40,517 bases of DNA from a virus. Below the pieces are notes generated by a model. The model saw nothing but the letters and a program-made list of their open reading frames with translations. It did no database searches and was not told the origin of the DNA. Of this stretch, positions 31,568 through 39,896 are shown piece by piece. A program made the position numbers and the translations under genes. Positions within the stretch are counted from its first letter, which is position 1; each line of letters opens with the position of its first letter. Where the stretch lies: positions 1 to 40,517 of IMG/VR virus record IMGVR_UViG_3300045988_127440; one strand, written 5' to 3'.

Positions 31568-31913
31568 TAGTTCTCACCTCCTCTAAATAAAAATAAAGCT
31601 CTCGATTTTCTTTATCAATATCAATATAGACTATATCGTATAATATATTATTTATAACTATTTTGTCATAGTTAGATATATTTTTATAAAATCTTGTCTT
31701 TATTTTTATATTTAGAGTTCTATTTCTTGATTCTGCAAAATCAAAGTCTTGTTGTCTTTTGCTACATTCTTTATAAGCTAATTTAACTATAAATTCTAAA
31801 TCGTCAAATGTTTTTATATTTTTTCTAGCTCCAAAATCACTTTCTTTATTTCTTTCTTTATATACTCTTATGTATCCATCGTTATAATTGGTTATTTTCA
31901 TTTTGTACCTCAT
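31560..31913 (-). CDS. Head closure / head-tail adaptor protein
   Basis: 117 aa. Position after the gp6-like connector. YNDGYIRVYKE beta-barrel-like start. Confidence 0.55.
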   Translation of the reverse strand: MRYKMKITNYNDGYIRVYKERNKESDFGARKNIKTFDDLEFIVKLAYKECSKRQQDFDFAESRNRTLNIKIKTRFYKNISNYDKIVINNILYDIVYIDIDKENRELYFYLEEVRTIA

Positions 31914-32166
31914 ATTTTTGTCTTAACTGCATAATACTATTAAAATAATTGTCATCAAATTCATTCTCACAATTATTCCATGCGTACATACAATAATTAA
32001 GCAGTAAACTTCTTTCCATGCCACTAGAATAATCTACATCTGCTCCTAATTTATAATCTAAAGTTAATATAGCATCTTCTAAAATTGTCTGTAGGCGGTT
32101 TTCTGTTTCTTCTTCCGCCCACGTAATATTTAATTTTTCTTTTAATCTTTGAAGAAGGTTATCCAT
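31882..32166 (-). CDS. gp6-like head-tail connector protein
   Basis: LLQRLKEKLNITWAEEETENRLQTILEDAILTL is typical of the Phage_connect_1 family. Confidence 0.65.
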   Translation of the reverse strand: MDNLLQRLKEKLNITWAEEETENRLQTILEDAILTLDYKLGADVDYSSGMERSLLLNYCMYAWNNCENEFDDNYFNSIMQLRQKYEVQNENNQL

Positions 32167-32185
32167 ATAAGATCACCTTCTTTGA

Positions 32186-33385
32186 TTAAGCTTGTTCTTT
32201 AGTAGATACAGTGCCTTTTACTTTAACAGGTATAACAGCTTCTCCTAATCCACTTATGTCCAATACTAAAGCATCATTTTCGCATATAGCTCTACCAACA
32301 CCATATGTTTTTATTTTATATGTTCTTTGGTCTTCTAAGAATTTGTATTCATCAGAAAATTCTATTACTCCATCTTTAGCAAAACCTACACCCATCCAGT
32401 AGTTGTCTAACATAGCCATTACTGCTTTTCCAGCAGGAACTGCTTCACTTATTACTACTTCCATAGGAAATGCAAAATTGTCAACATATGCCCCACTCAT
32501 ATTTTGGACTCTTACAGCAGGTGCTACTAAAGTATAGTAATCATTAGCATTACATATTAATGTTAAACCTCTTACTGGTCTATTTTGACCTTTTTCATTT
32601 TTAGCTAGTTTAGCTATTAAAGCCCCCATGGATTTAACCCCAAAATCTGTTACTGATAATGCAGTTTTATCTTGATAAACACCATCTAATGCTCCTGTTA
32701 ATTTCTTCATTAATCCAATTGGTTTTCCTTTTCCATCGCCTTTAACTATTGCTTCTTCTAAAGCTACAGCTATATCATCTTTTAATATTGCTCTTATATA
32801 TCCATCTAAAAATGTTGGTCCTAAATCTAATATTCCCATAGGAATTACTGCAAAAGCAGATAATTTGTTTTGAGTCATTTCCATAACTTTGAATGCTGAA
32901 GCTATTTCTTTAGTTATTTCTGCATCTACTTCTCCCCAAACTGCTGCTTGTTTAGTATGGTCATTAAATATGCATTTTGTAGCATATCTTACTGATTGGA
33001 AGTTAACTTTACTTAATAATGGGTGTTCTTCAACTAAATCCCTATAAACATCTTCTATAACTGTTTCAGGCATTAATTTATTGTCAGTTAAGTCAGTTAA
33101 AGTAGTTACAGCTTGTTGAACATTTCTCATTTTTGATGCTTCTATTAATTTATTATAGAATTTTTCTTCAGCGCTAGTTAATTGTCTATAACCTCTTTGT
33201 GCTAATATATTTTTATCTCCAGTTTGTTGATATTCTTCAAAGTCGGATTTTATATCTTCTACTATAGCATTTTGGAATTCTATCCATGCTTGTTTTATTT
33301 CTTCTTCATTTCCTCCAGTTAATACAGTTTGCATTTTAGTTGCAACCTCTTGTTGTTTTAATTTTTTATTTCCTAAAAAAGACAT
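32186..33385 (-). CDS. Major capsid protein (HK97 fold family)
   Basis: 399 aa, downstream of the ClpP-like protease and portal. Confidence 0.85.
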   Translation of the reverse strand: MSFLGNKKLKQQEVATKMQTVLTGGNEEEIKQAWIEFQNAIVEDIKSDFEEYQQTGDKNILAQRGYRQLTSAEEKFYNKLIEASKMRNVQQAVTTLTDLTDNKLMPETVIEDVYRDLVEEHPLLSKVNFQSVRYATKCIFNDHTKQAAVWGEVDAEITKEIASAFKVMEMTQNKLSAFAVIPMGILDLGPTFLDGYIRAILKDDIAVALEEAIVKGDGKGKPIGLMKKLTGALDGVYQDKTALSVTDFGVKSMGALIAKLAKNEKGQNRPVRGLTLICNANDYYTLVAPAVRVQNMSGAYVDNFAFPMEVVISEAVPAGKAVMAMLDNYWMGVGFAKDGVIEFSDEYKFLEDQRTYKIKTYGVGRAICENDALVLDISGLGEAVIPVKVKGTVSTKEQA

Positions 33386-33404
33386 TTGCCTACCTCCTAT
33401 AAAT

Positions 33405-34235
33405 TTAATCTTTTATTGCATTAAAAAAAGAACTTACAAGTTCTTTTTCTTTATCGTCAGTCTTATCATCTTTTTCTTTATCGTCAGTCTTATCATCTTT
33501 TTCTTTATCATCTTCATCATCATTTTTATCTAAATCTTTGTTATCATCATCTTGATCTTGACATTTTTTCTTGTCTTCATCATCTTTTTTAGATTTAGAA
33601 TTTAAAATTACTTCCATTAATGATTTTTTAACTGACTGACTAACTTCTTCAGCTTCTTTTTCATTTACTATAGCTGTAATAAATCCTTTTTCAATTGCCT
33701 CTTGTGGAGTTATCCAAGTTTCATCATCAAGCATTTGTTTTAGTTCTTCTTCTGTTATATTCACTTCTTGCATATACGCATTAATACTTGCTTGAGTTAT
33801 TTTGTCTAATGTTTCTGCTTGTTTTCTTAATTCTTTTGAATTACCACTAACATGTATCCATGCATTGTGTATCATTAGTAATGATGCAGTAGACATTATT
33901 CTTTCGTCTCCAGCCATAAATACAACCGAAGCGGCGCTACATGCAAATCCATCGCATACAGTTTTTACTTTTGCTTTATGTCGCTTTAATTGGTTATATA
34001 TAGCTAATCCTTCAGCTACTTCTCCACCATAACTATTAATATATACATTTATAACATCACACTCTAAACCTTCAATTTGTTTAGACAATGTATAGCTTGA
34101 TACATCACTTTCAAACCAATTCCATGATGTTATATCACCGTATATTTGTATATCAACTTCATTATCATTTTGAGTTAATTGAAAATATTTTTTATTTTTC
34201 ATTTTATTCACCTCCTTTATTATTTTGTTCATCAC
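33405..34235 (-). CDS. ClpP-like (S14) prohead protease with charged repeat tail
   Basis: INSYGGEVAEGLAIYNQL, CDGFACSAASVVFMAG, LLMIHNAW. C-terminus DDKEKDDKTDDKEKDDKTDDKEKE. Confidence 0.85.
   Translation of the reverse strand: MMNKIIKEVNKMKNKKYFQLTQNDNEVDIQIYGDITSWNWFESDVSSYTLSKQIEGLECDVINVYINSYGGEVAEGLAIYNQLKRHKAKVKTVCDGFACSAASVVFMAGDERIMSTASLLMIHNAWIHVSGNSKELRKQAETLDKITQASINAYMQEVNITEEELKQMLDDETWITPQEAIEKGFITAIVNEKEAEEVSQSVKKSLMEVILNSKSKKDDEDKKKCQDQDDDNKDLDKNDDEDDKEKDDKTDDKEKDDKTDDKEKELVSSFFNAIKD
33444..33510. repeat. 27-bp tandem repeat (about 2.4 copies) encoding DDKTDDKEK
   Basis: tttttctttatcgtcagtcttatcatc repeated in tandem. Confidence 0.7.
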
Positions 34236-35367
34236 CTATTAGCCTATTTTCTGCTGTATCATAGTTCTTAGTTATAAAATGTTTCATACTAAATTCAGTA
34301 TTAAGTTTATCAAATCCTATTATTTCTCTTACCTCATCAATACAGCATGTTCCAGATGCTATTAGTTTATCGGCTTTTTCAGCAACATCTAATATGTCTA
34401 TATGGTTAATAGTTGATGTATCTACTTTTACATAATTTCCTTTAACCCAATTATTATAATTACCTGATGTTTTTCTAGTAATTTCTTCTGAAATCATATC
34501 TGCTATTGGATCTATACAAAATGTAAGGAATGTTTTTGTTATTTCATTCATGTTAGTAATATTACCTAGCATTAAACTTACTGGTATCTGAAATGCTTGT
34601 GCTACTATCTCAAACATTTCCTTTCTTAAATTCCTAAAATCAGAACTATCTTTATTCGCAGTTGGAGAAACATCTTGCAAATCATATCCTTTGTACTGTG
34701 GGTATACTGCATTTTCATTTTCTATAAAATCTTTTAATTGCTTTTGAACAACTTCTCTATAAGTTTCTTGGAATTTTTCATCTGATGCTTTGACTTGGTC
34801 TAAAATTAACTTATATTTTGTTCCATTGCTTTTTTTATAGTTTTTAGCAGCATAAGATAATAATTCTCCATACTGTTCGTATAATCTATCAATTAATTTT
34901 TTTATATGAGCATTATTTAATTGTAGTCTTAATACTTCATCACTTTTAAATGTTCTGTTTAGTTGTAAATTTCCTACAGAAATTCCTTTATAAATATTCC
35001 CTTTAATAGGATATTCATCACACGCATAACTATCAGCACAATAAAAATCTTCATTTATATTAATTAATAAACTTTCATTTCTATAAATCATTTTTTCTAT
35101 AGCTTTATGCCAAAGTTGACTGCTATTTTCATTTTTATTAGCTTCAACATTTAAAGTATAGTAGAGTTTATTTTTTACTTCTTTATTTTTTTCATATACT
35201 TTAATTTCACACTTTGATATTGCGTTTGATATTAAAGTTATAGCTGTTTGAATTGCTAATTCTTTATAGTATATTTCTTGTAGTTCATTTTCTATTACAT
35301 CATCTACTATTTTGCCTTTATTAATATTTGCCCCTAAAAAATCCATAAGCCATGTTTTTATACTCAC
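34204..35367 (-). CDS. Portal protein
   Basis: 387 aa, between TerL and the protease (HK97-type order). Confidence 0.8.
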   Translation of the reverse strand: MSIKTWLMDFLGANINKGKIVDDVIENELQEIYYKELAIQTAITLISNAISKCEIKVYEKNKEVKNKLYYTLNVEANKNENSSQLWHKAIEKMIYRNESLLININEDFYCADSYACDEYPIKGNIYKGISVGNLQLNRTFKSDEVLRLQLNNAHIKKLIDRLYEQYGELLSYAAKNYKKSNGTKYKLILDQVKASDEKFQETYREVVQKQLKDFIENENAVYPQYKGYDLQDVSPTANKDSSDFRNLRKEMFEIVAQAFQIPVSLMLGNITNMNEITKTFLTFCIDPIADMISEEITRKTSGNYNNWVKGNYVKVDTSTINHIDILDVAEKADKLIASGTCCIDEVREIIGFDKLNTEFSMKHFITKNYDTAENRLIGDEQNNKGGE

Positions 35368-35384
35368 AATTTTCTCACCTCCTT

Positions 35385-37043
35385 TTAAAATACTAATGGT
35401 GGCATAAAGAATAATTCTGAATTATCCTCATCCTCTAATGTATCTTGTGCAGCAATCATAGCATGAACAAAAGCCATAAATCCATCTGTTTTTCTACTTT
35501 TAGGCTCTATTTTATCATATCCATAATTGCCTAAACTCTTATCAGTAAGTTTCGTGTTATTAGTAAACCATCGCATTAAAGGATTATCTCCCCATACTAT
35601 TTTATTATTATTAAATAAACTATCTATAACAGGAACTATTTTCATAATATCAGAAGGTCTAATTATTTTTACTTCATTTTTATTTGTTATTTCTATTCCA
35701 ATTTCTTTTAAATTTTTACTTATTAATCCAAGTCTAAAATTATCTACTCCTAATTTTAAGAAATTATACTTAATTAACTGTTCCTGTATCCATTCTGTGG
35801 CTAAATTCGGGTTAATTTCAATGTCATCGACAATTGTTAATAATCCTTGCCTTGCCCATTCTTCTAAAGGTGCTTTTATTCTATCTTTATCTCGTGAATT
35901 AATACAAAACCAACTATGAGTTATCCAATAGTATATTCCACCTTTTAAAAAAAGTAATCCTACAGTCATCATGTCGTTTACTTTTGTGTAATCTATTCCT
36001 ATAGTACAGCTTGCGCCTTCTAAATCTGGTATTTCTTTATTTGTTGCTAATATATTTTCCCAAGAAGTAACTTCTATATCTTTACTTCCCTTTGGAATAT
36101 TCATTCTTTTGGTCATAAAGGCACTATTTACATAAGGATTTATTTTATAATCTGCATATTCCTTTTTCATTTGTTCCATAAGAGAAGGCCTATAAGGCAA
36201 ACTCGGATTTGCTTTTGCCCAATTTTCTGGATTATGTACTTCATCTTCATCATCTAGTCGGCAAATAAAAGGTAAAAATCCATTATCTTCAACTTCTCCA
36301 TTTAAGATTAACATCGCTTTTTCTAATAGATTATCTAATGGACCATCTCTCACATCTCCATTAGTTGTTATATATGTTCGTCTTGGATGGTCTTTTTTAC
36401 CTAAACCAGTAGTAAATACATTTATATTTTCCCAATTTTGATAAGCATGTATCTCATCAAAATCAACTTTCCCACTTCTTAGGCCATCTTTTCCTTTTGG
36501 ATTATTAGTTCTAAATTTAATTTTACTTTTCGTCTTAAGATTTATAATTTCTTCTTTATTCCAGTAGAAATGTTTTTTCATTTTTTTCGTATGTTTTGGA
36601 TCTTCTAATATATTATAAATATCCATAAAAGTTGTTTTAGCTTGGTCCTCGCTGTTAGCAGAAATATCTATGTCATAGTTTTTTATTCCATTAGTTGGAG
36701 TAATCAAGCAAAAATCTTCATATCCCAAATATGCATTTTTACCACTACCTCTGCCAACTAGAATAAATAAATCTGCAAATCTTGGCAATCCATTTTCTTT
36801 AAATAAGCAATTATGTAAAATAAATAAAAATTTCTCCCACGGAAATAAATCAAAAGGGAAATATTTCTGATAAGAAAAATACTTTTCTATTTTTTCTTCA
36901 TCTATAATTAGATTTTCTGTCTCAAATATTTTTTTTATGAATTTTGATAATAACTTTTGTTCTTTGCACATTGCAAATACTTCATTATCAATAATATCTA
37001 AGTATTCTTGGATATATTTGTTATAAGTCATCATCATCACCAC
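35385..37043 (-). CDS. terL: Terminase large subunit
   Basis: 552 aa. Walker-A-like VGRGSGKN. Exact start is ambiguous (MVMMMT). Confidence 0.85.
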   Translation of the reverse strand: MVMMMTYNKYIQEYLDIIDNEVFAMCKEQKLLSKFIKKIFETENLIIDEEKIEKYFSYQKYFPFDLFPWEKFLFILHNCLFKENGLPRFADLFILVGRGSGKNAYLGYEDFCLITPTNGIKNYDIDISANSEDQAKTTFMDIYNILEDPKHTKKMKKHFYWNKEEIINLKTKSKIKFRTNNPKGKDGLRSGKVDFDEIHAYQNWENINVFTTGLGKKDHPRRTYITTNGDVRDGPLDNLLEKAMLILNGEVEDNGFLPFICRLDDEDEVHNPENWAKANPSLPYRPSLMEQMKKEYADYKINPYVNSAFMTKRMNIPKGSKDIEVTSWENILATNKEIPDLEGASCTIGIDYTKVNDMMTVGLLFLKGGIYYWITHSWFCINSRDKDRIKAPLEEWARQGLLTIVDDIEINPNLATEWIQEQLIKYNFLKLGVDNFRLGLISKNLKEIGIEITNKNEVKIIRPSDIMKIVPVIDSLFNNNKIVWGDNPLMRWFTNNTKLTDKSLGNYGYDKIEPKSRKTDGFMAFVHAMIAAQDTLEDEDNSELFFMPPLVF

Positions 37044-37368
37044 TGTCTGCTACAGTAGCTTTAATTCCTAATTCATTTAAAAGCTTTAGCATTTGTGCAT
37101 TAGTTTTATTAAGTTCAGCTATGCTATCATTTTTCTTGTATCCACTTTGCCCACCACCATTATTCCACTTAATGCTAACCCCTCTTGCTTTGATGTCATC
37201 TATTAGCAGATTTTTTACAATCCAGAGGGACATATAATCTTCTACTAAATCTTTAAATTGTTGTCCATAAGTAAAATTTCTTTCTAACTGGTCCAGTAAA
37301 TCTTCTCTAATTCTTTCATATTTTTCACTTTCTCTTAATTCTTTTACTGCTTTTCTTTCTCTTGCCAT
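37021..37368 (-). CDS. terS: Terminase small subunit (P27-like)
   Basis: 115 aa. LWIVKNLLIDDIKARGVSI...LNKTNAQMLKLLNELGI. Overlaps the terL start. Confidence 0.75.
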   Translation of the reverse strand: MARERKAVKELRESEKYERIREDLLDQLERNFTYGQQFKDLVEDYMSLWIVKNLLIDDIKARGVSIKWNNGGGQSGYKKNDSIAELNKTNAQMLKLLNELGIKATVADSGDDDDL

Positions 37369-37389
37369 ATATGTTCACCTCCTTCATAT

Positions 37390-37495
37390 TTTAACCCCCC
37401 TCACGTGAGAAGTAGAAATTTCTGTTTTGTCTAGACCCCCACGCCTTGATTAGTCCCCCAAAAATTTTACCCCCTATATACCCCTAGGGGGGGTA
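37390..37495. other. Candidate cos region: five C-tracts, a CTCACGTGAG palindrome and TACCCCTAGGGGGGGTA
   Basis: C6 at 37395, C5 at 37436, 37455 and 37470, then C4-TA-G7 at 37481-37493. Lies directly upstream of terS in roughly 30% GC DNA. Confidence 0.5.
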
Positions 37496-37725
37496 TTTTA
37501 TTAGATTTAAATAATTTAAAATAAAAATACTTCCATACAATCAATTTTGCATAGAAGTATTAAAATTCTAAAACCAGCTTTTGTTTTTCTTCTTGTTCTA
37601 TTATATTGTCGCTCTTAATGCTATTATAATGTCTATGAGTTAACTGAACATTATCCCATGTATGTGTTCCTCCTAAATAATAAAGGACCTCATTAATTAT
37701 AATAAGATCCTTTATATATCATATA

Positions 37726-38253
37726 TTATTGTAATTGTTCCAGACTCTCTTTTACTTGTTTTATATTTGCTTTTGTAGAGTCATCTTCTTTTGTCTCAGC
37801 TTCTCTATAAACATACTTAACCATTTGCACTGCATTCATTCCTAAAGAGTTAACTTCTTTAGCTGTTTTATATCCGTTACTATCTTCTTGTCCTGATGTT
37901 TTAAACATTTCCATTTTATCTTTTCCATACTGTTCTAGAAAGCTACCTTTTGTCATTATATCTTCCATGTTGTCATTACTATCAAACTGGCTCTTGTTAT
38001 CTACATATTCACCAATATCTTTTATATATTGAACTCCTAAGTCAGTTAGCTTATCATCATCATTCTTTACAGCTTCATAATCATTTTTTCCTTTTGTTAT
38101 AAAGTAATCAACTTTCTCTGAACCTGTCATATCTTCTAGGTTAACCTTGCTGTCTTCTGATGTTGTTCCACTACAAGCAACACATCCAATAGCTATCATA
38201 CATACTAATAATACTGCTAATAATCTTTTTAATTTCCCATAATTGCTAAACAT
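37726..38253 (-). CDS. Lipoprotein (175 aa) inserted in the packaging module
   Basis: Signal peptide LLAVLLVCMIAIGCVACSG with a lipobox. Has its own TTGCAA-17-TATAAT promoter. Confidence 0.75.
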   Translation of the reverse strand: MFSNYGKLKRLLAVLLVCMIAIGCVACSGTTSEDSKVNLEDMTGSEKVDYFITKGKNDYEAVKNDDDKLTDLGVQYIKDIGEYVDNKSQFDSNDNMEDIMTKGSFLEQYGKDKMEMFKTSGQEDSNGYKTAKEVNSLGMNAVQMVKYVYREAETKEDDSTKANIKQVKESLEQLQ

Positions 38254-38287
38254 ATCAATTCCCCCTATTAATTCTTTTTCTAATTAT

Positions 38288-38339
38288 ATTATATCATAAA
38301 CTGATGCCAGTTGCAATCAGTATACAAATAATTTATAAT
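38288..38339. promoter_or_regulatory. Back-to-back divergent promoters sharing one palindromic -35 hexamer TTGCAA
   Basis: Plus strand: TTGCAA(38311-16)-17 nt-TATAAT(38334-39). Minus strand: the same TTGCAA-17 nt-TATAAT(38293-88). Confidence 0.55.
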
Positions 38340-38356
38340 TAAATTGAGGTGATAAC

Positions 38357-38515
38357 ATGGCAAGAAAAGATTTAAAAAATAGAACTCCAGTTGGTTCTGC
38401 TATCGATAATGATTTATATAACTGGTTAAAAGAATATTCTAAAGAAACATCTATCCCAGTGTCTAAATTACTCGATAAAGCAATAACTTTATTAAAAGAG
38501 TCTACAACTAAGTAG
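38357..38515 (+). CDS. Ribbon-helix-helix (CopG-like) protein, 52 aa, not in ORF track
   Basis: MARKDLKNRTPVGSAIDNDLYNWLKEYSKETSIPVSKLLDKAITLLKESTTK. RBS GAGGTG. Antisense to the implausible track ORF 38317-38529. Confidence 0.55.
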   Translation: MARKDLKNRTPVGSAIDNDLYNWLKEYSKETSIPVSKLLDKAITLLKESTTK

Positions 38516-38522
38516 GCTCTTT

Positions 38523-38978
38523 TTACCATCTTTCTTTATTTAACTGTGGTTTTATTTTTAATATATTATTTTCTTTCCCATGTATTGCATTATGATGATA
38601 ATTGCATAAAGGAATTAAATTCACTATTTTTTCCCCTGTAATAGGGTCTATAATAATTGGTTCAAGTCCATATTCTGGATATTGTTCTATTTCCTTCATA
38701 TGGTGTATTTGTAATCCTCTATATTCTCCACTTTTTAATCTATTATCGTGAGTAGTTATTTTACCCTCTAACTTACATAATACGCATTCATTATGATAGG
38801 TGTGAAGAACTTCTTGTCTAACTTTTTTCCACTTTGCAGAATGATAAAATAATATAACCTTATTTTCTTCTATTAACTTTTTTATCCATTTAGTTGTATC
38901 ATTACTTTGTTTATCAAATTCTATGTTAGGTATTATAAGTTCTTTATTAATCTTGTTTTCTAATTTCTTATTCATCAT
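38523..38978 (-). CDS. HNH endonuclease (terminase-associated type)
   Basis: LQIHHMKEIEQYPE...LIPLCNYHHNAIHG. Confidence 0.85.
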   Translation of the reverse strand: MMNKKLENKINKELIIPNIEFDKQSNDTTKWIKKLIEENKVILFYHSAKWKKVRQEVLHTYHNECVLCKLEGKITTHDNRLKSGEYRGLQIHHMKEIEQYPEYGLEPIIIDPITGEKIVNLIPLCNYHHNAIHGKENNILKIKPQLNKERW

Positions 38979-39225
38979 TTTCTTTCAAATATTCCTTCAT
39001 TTCTTCGTCTGAAAACCTTGAACCGTTCCAGTATAACATTCCATATATAATATTTATAATCGGAATGAAACACAAAATTAAACAAAATAAACTATCTTCA
39101 TTGAATACTGCTCTTAACCCTTGTTTTCTATAATATCTGTCTAATCTCCTATAGTTCAGTACAAATGCTATTATCGTAGCCATAACAGTTGATATATATA
39201 GTTTTATAACAATGTTAATTATCAT
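38968..39225 (-). CDS. Small membrane protein (85 aa)
   Basis: Two hydrophobic helices (IVIKLYISTVMATIIAFVL; LFCLILCFIPIINIIYGML). Confidence 0.55.
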   Translation of the reverse strand: MIINIVIKLYISTVMATIIAFVLNYRRLDRYYRKQGLRAVFNEDSLFCLILCFIPIINIIYGMLYWNGSRFSDEEMKEYLKENDE

Positions 39226-39229
39226 AGTC

Positions 39230-39493
39230 TCACTCCAATCTTTCTAATAAATCTCTTAACTGGTTTCTGTATCTACTGTCATTCGTTAATCTAATAAGAC
39301 TTTCTATATCTCTTTTACTTAGCTTATCGTCTATCTCTCTTTTTATAGCCATAATAACCAGTATCTTAGCTTTATAAAAATTATTTACATGTGTATGTCC
39401 GTTTTCAAATTTCTTGTTTGTATTATGTACAACAAATCCGTCACTACATCTATAAATTGAATACTCTTTTCTTTGAAATATTTTTCTACTCAT
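39230..39493 (-). CDS. Hypothetical protein (87 aa)
   Basis: ORF track. First ORF after the late leader. Confidence 0.5.
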   Translation of the reverse strand: MSRKIFQRKEYSIYRCSDGFVVHNTNKKFENGHTHVNNFYKAKILVIMAIKREIDDKLSKRDIESLIRLTNDSRYRNQLRDLLERLE

Positions 39494-39522
39494 TTAGATC
39501 AACTCTTTCTTTACACAACAAA

Positions 39523-39547
39523 AGAGCCCTTCATGGGCTCTTTTTTA
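39523..39547. terminator. Intrinsic terminator hairpin AGAGCCC-ttcat-GGGCTCT
   Basis: T6 follows on the plus strand and TTTGTTGTG on the minus strand. Lies 30 nt upstream of the 39493 start. Confidence 0.6.
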
Positions 39548-39602
39548 AATTGAGTATGAGATTAAAATCTGTTTCTGTTGTTGTATGATAGTAATTACAA
39601 TT

Positions 39603-39683
39603 AGCAAGCTACAGGATTCGAACCTGTATCACATGGGGGAGTGATTTCCATTACTTGCACGTTGCTGAGGTTTCACCCTCAGC
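39603..39683 (-). ncRNA. tRNA-like T-arm/acceptor module plus GC hairpin (not a canonical tRNA)
   Basis: Minus strand: ACAGG-TTCGAAT-CCTGT followed by AGCTTGC, which pairs with GCAAGT. Hairpin GCTGAGG-N6-CCTCAGC sits upstream. Confidence 0.3.
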
Positions 39684-39896
39684 TATTTCCTGTCATAACT
39701 AAGATGTTAAATATATATTCTTAATACTTAAGGAGGACACAAGTCTGTGCCAAGAAAAAACTGTACGTTAAAGAACAACTATAATGTTTGTCAAATAGGT
39801 TACCAGGCTATCTGACAACTTAATAAGAGTTCGTAAAGAAACAACCTCATATGTTTTCTATAATACAAATATACTATAGCTTTACGGATAAAAAAG

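Noticed and set aside
38317-38529. Track ORF, 70 aa, minus strand
   Set aside because: No RBS, and an implausible sequence. It is exactly antisense to a well-formed RHH ORF that has an RBS and a promoter. It would also overlap the HNH stop codon.
39391-39588. Track ORF, 65 aa, plus strand
   Set aside because: It is an antisense shadow of the 87-aa gene and runs through the terminator hairpin. It has no RBS.
39603-39683. A complete tRNA gene on the minus strand, suggested by GGTTCGAATCC
   Set aside because: Only about 55 nt lie between the candidate acceptor halves. No D arm and no 7-nt anticodon loop can be drawn; the best hairpin has an 8-nt loop without U33 or purine 37. Kept only as a tRNA-like element.
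39746-39811. A 21-aa GTG-initiated plus-strand ORF after an AAGGAGG in the late leader
   Set aside because: It is too short and has an unconvincing composition. The SD-like motif may simply be part of RNA structure, and I have no supporting evidence.
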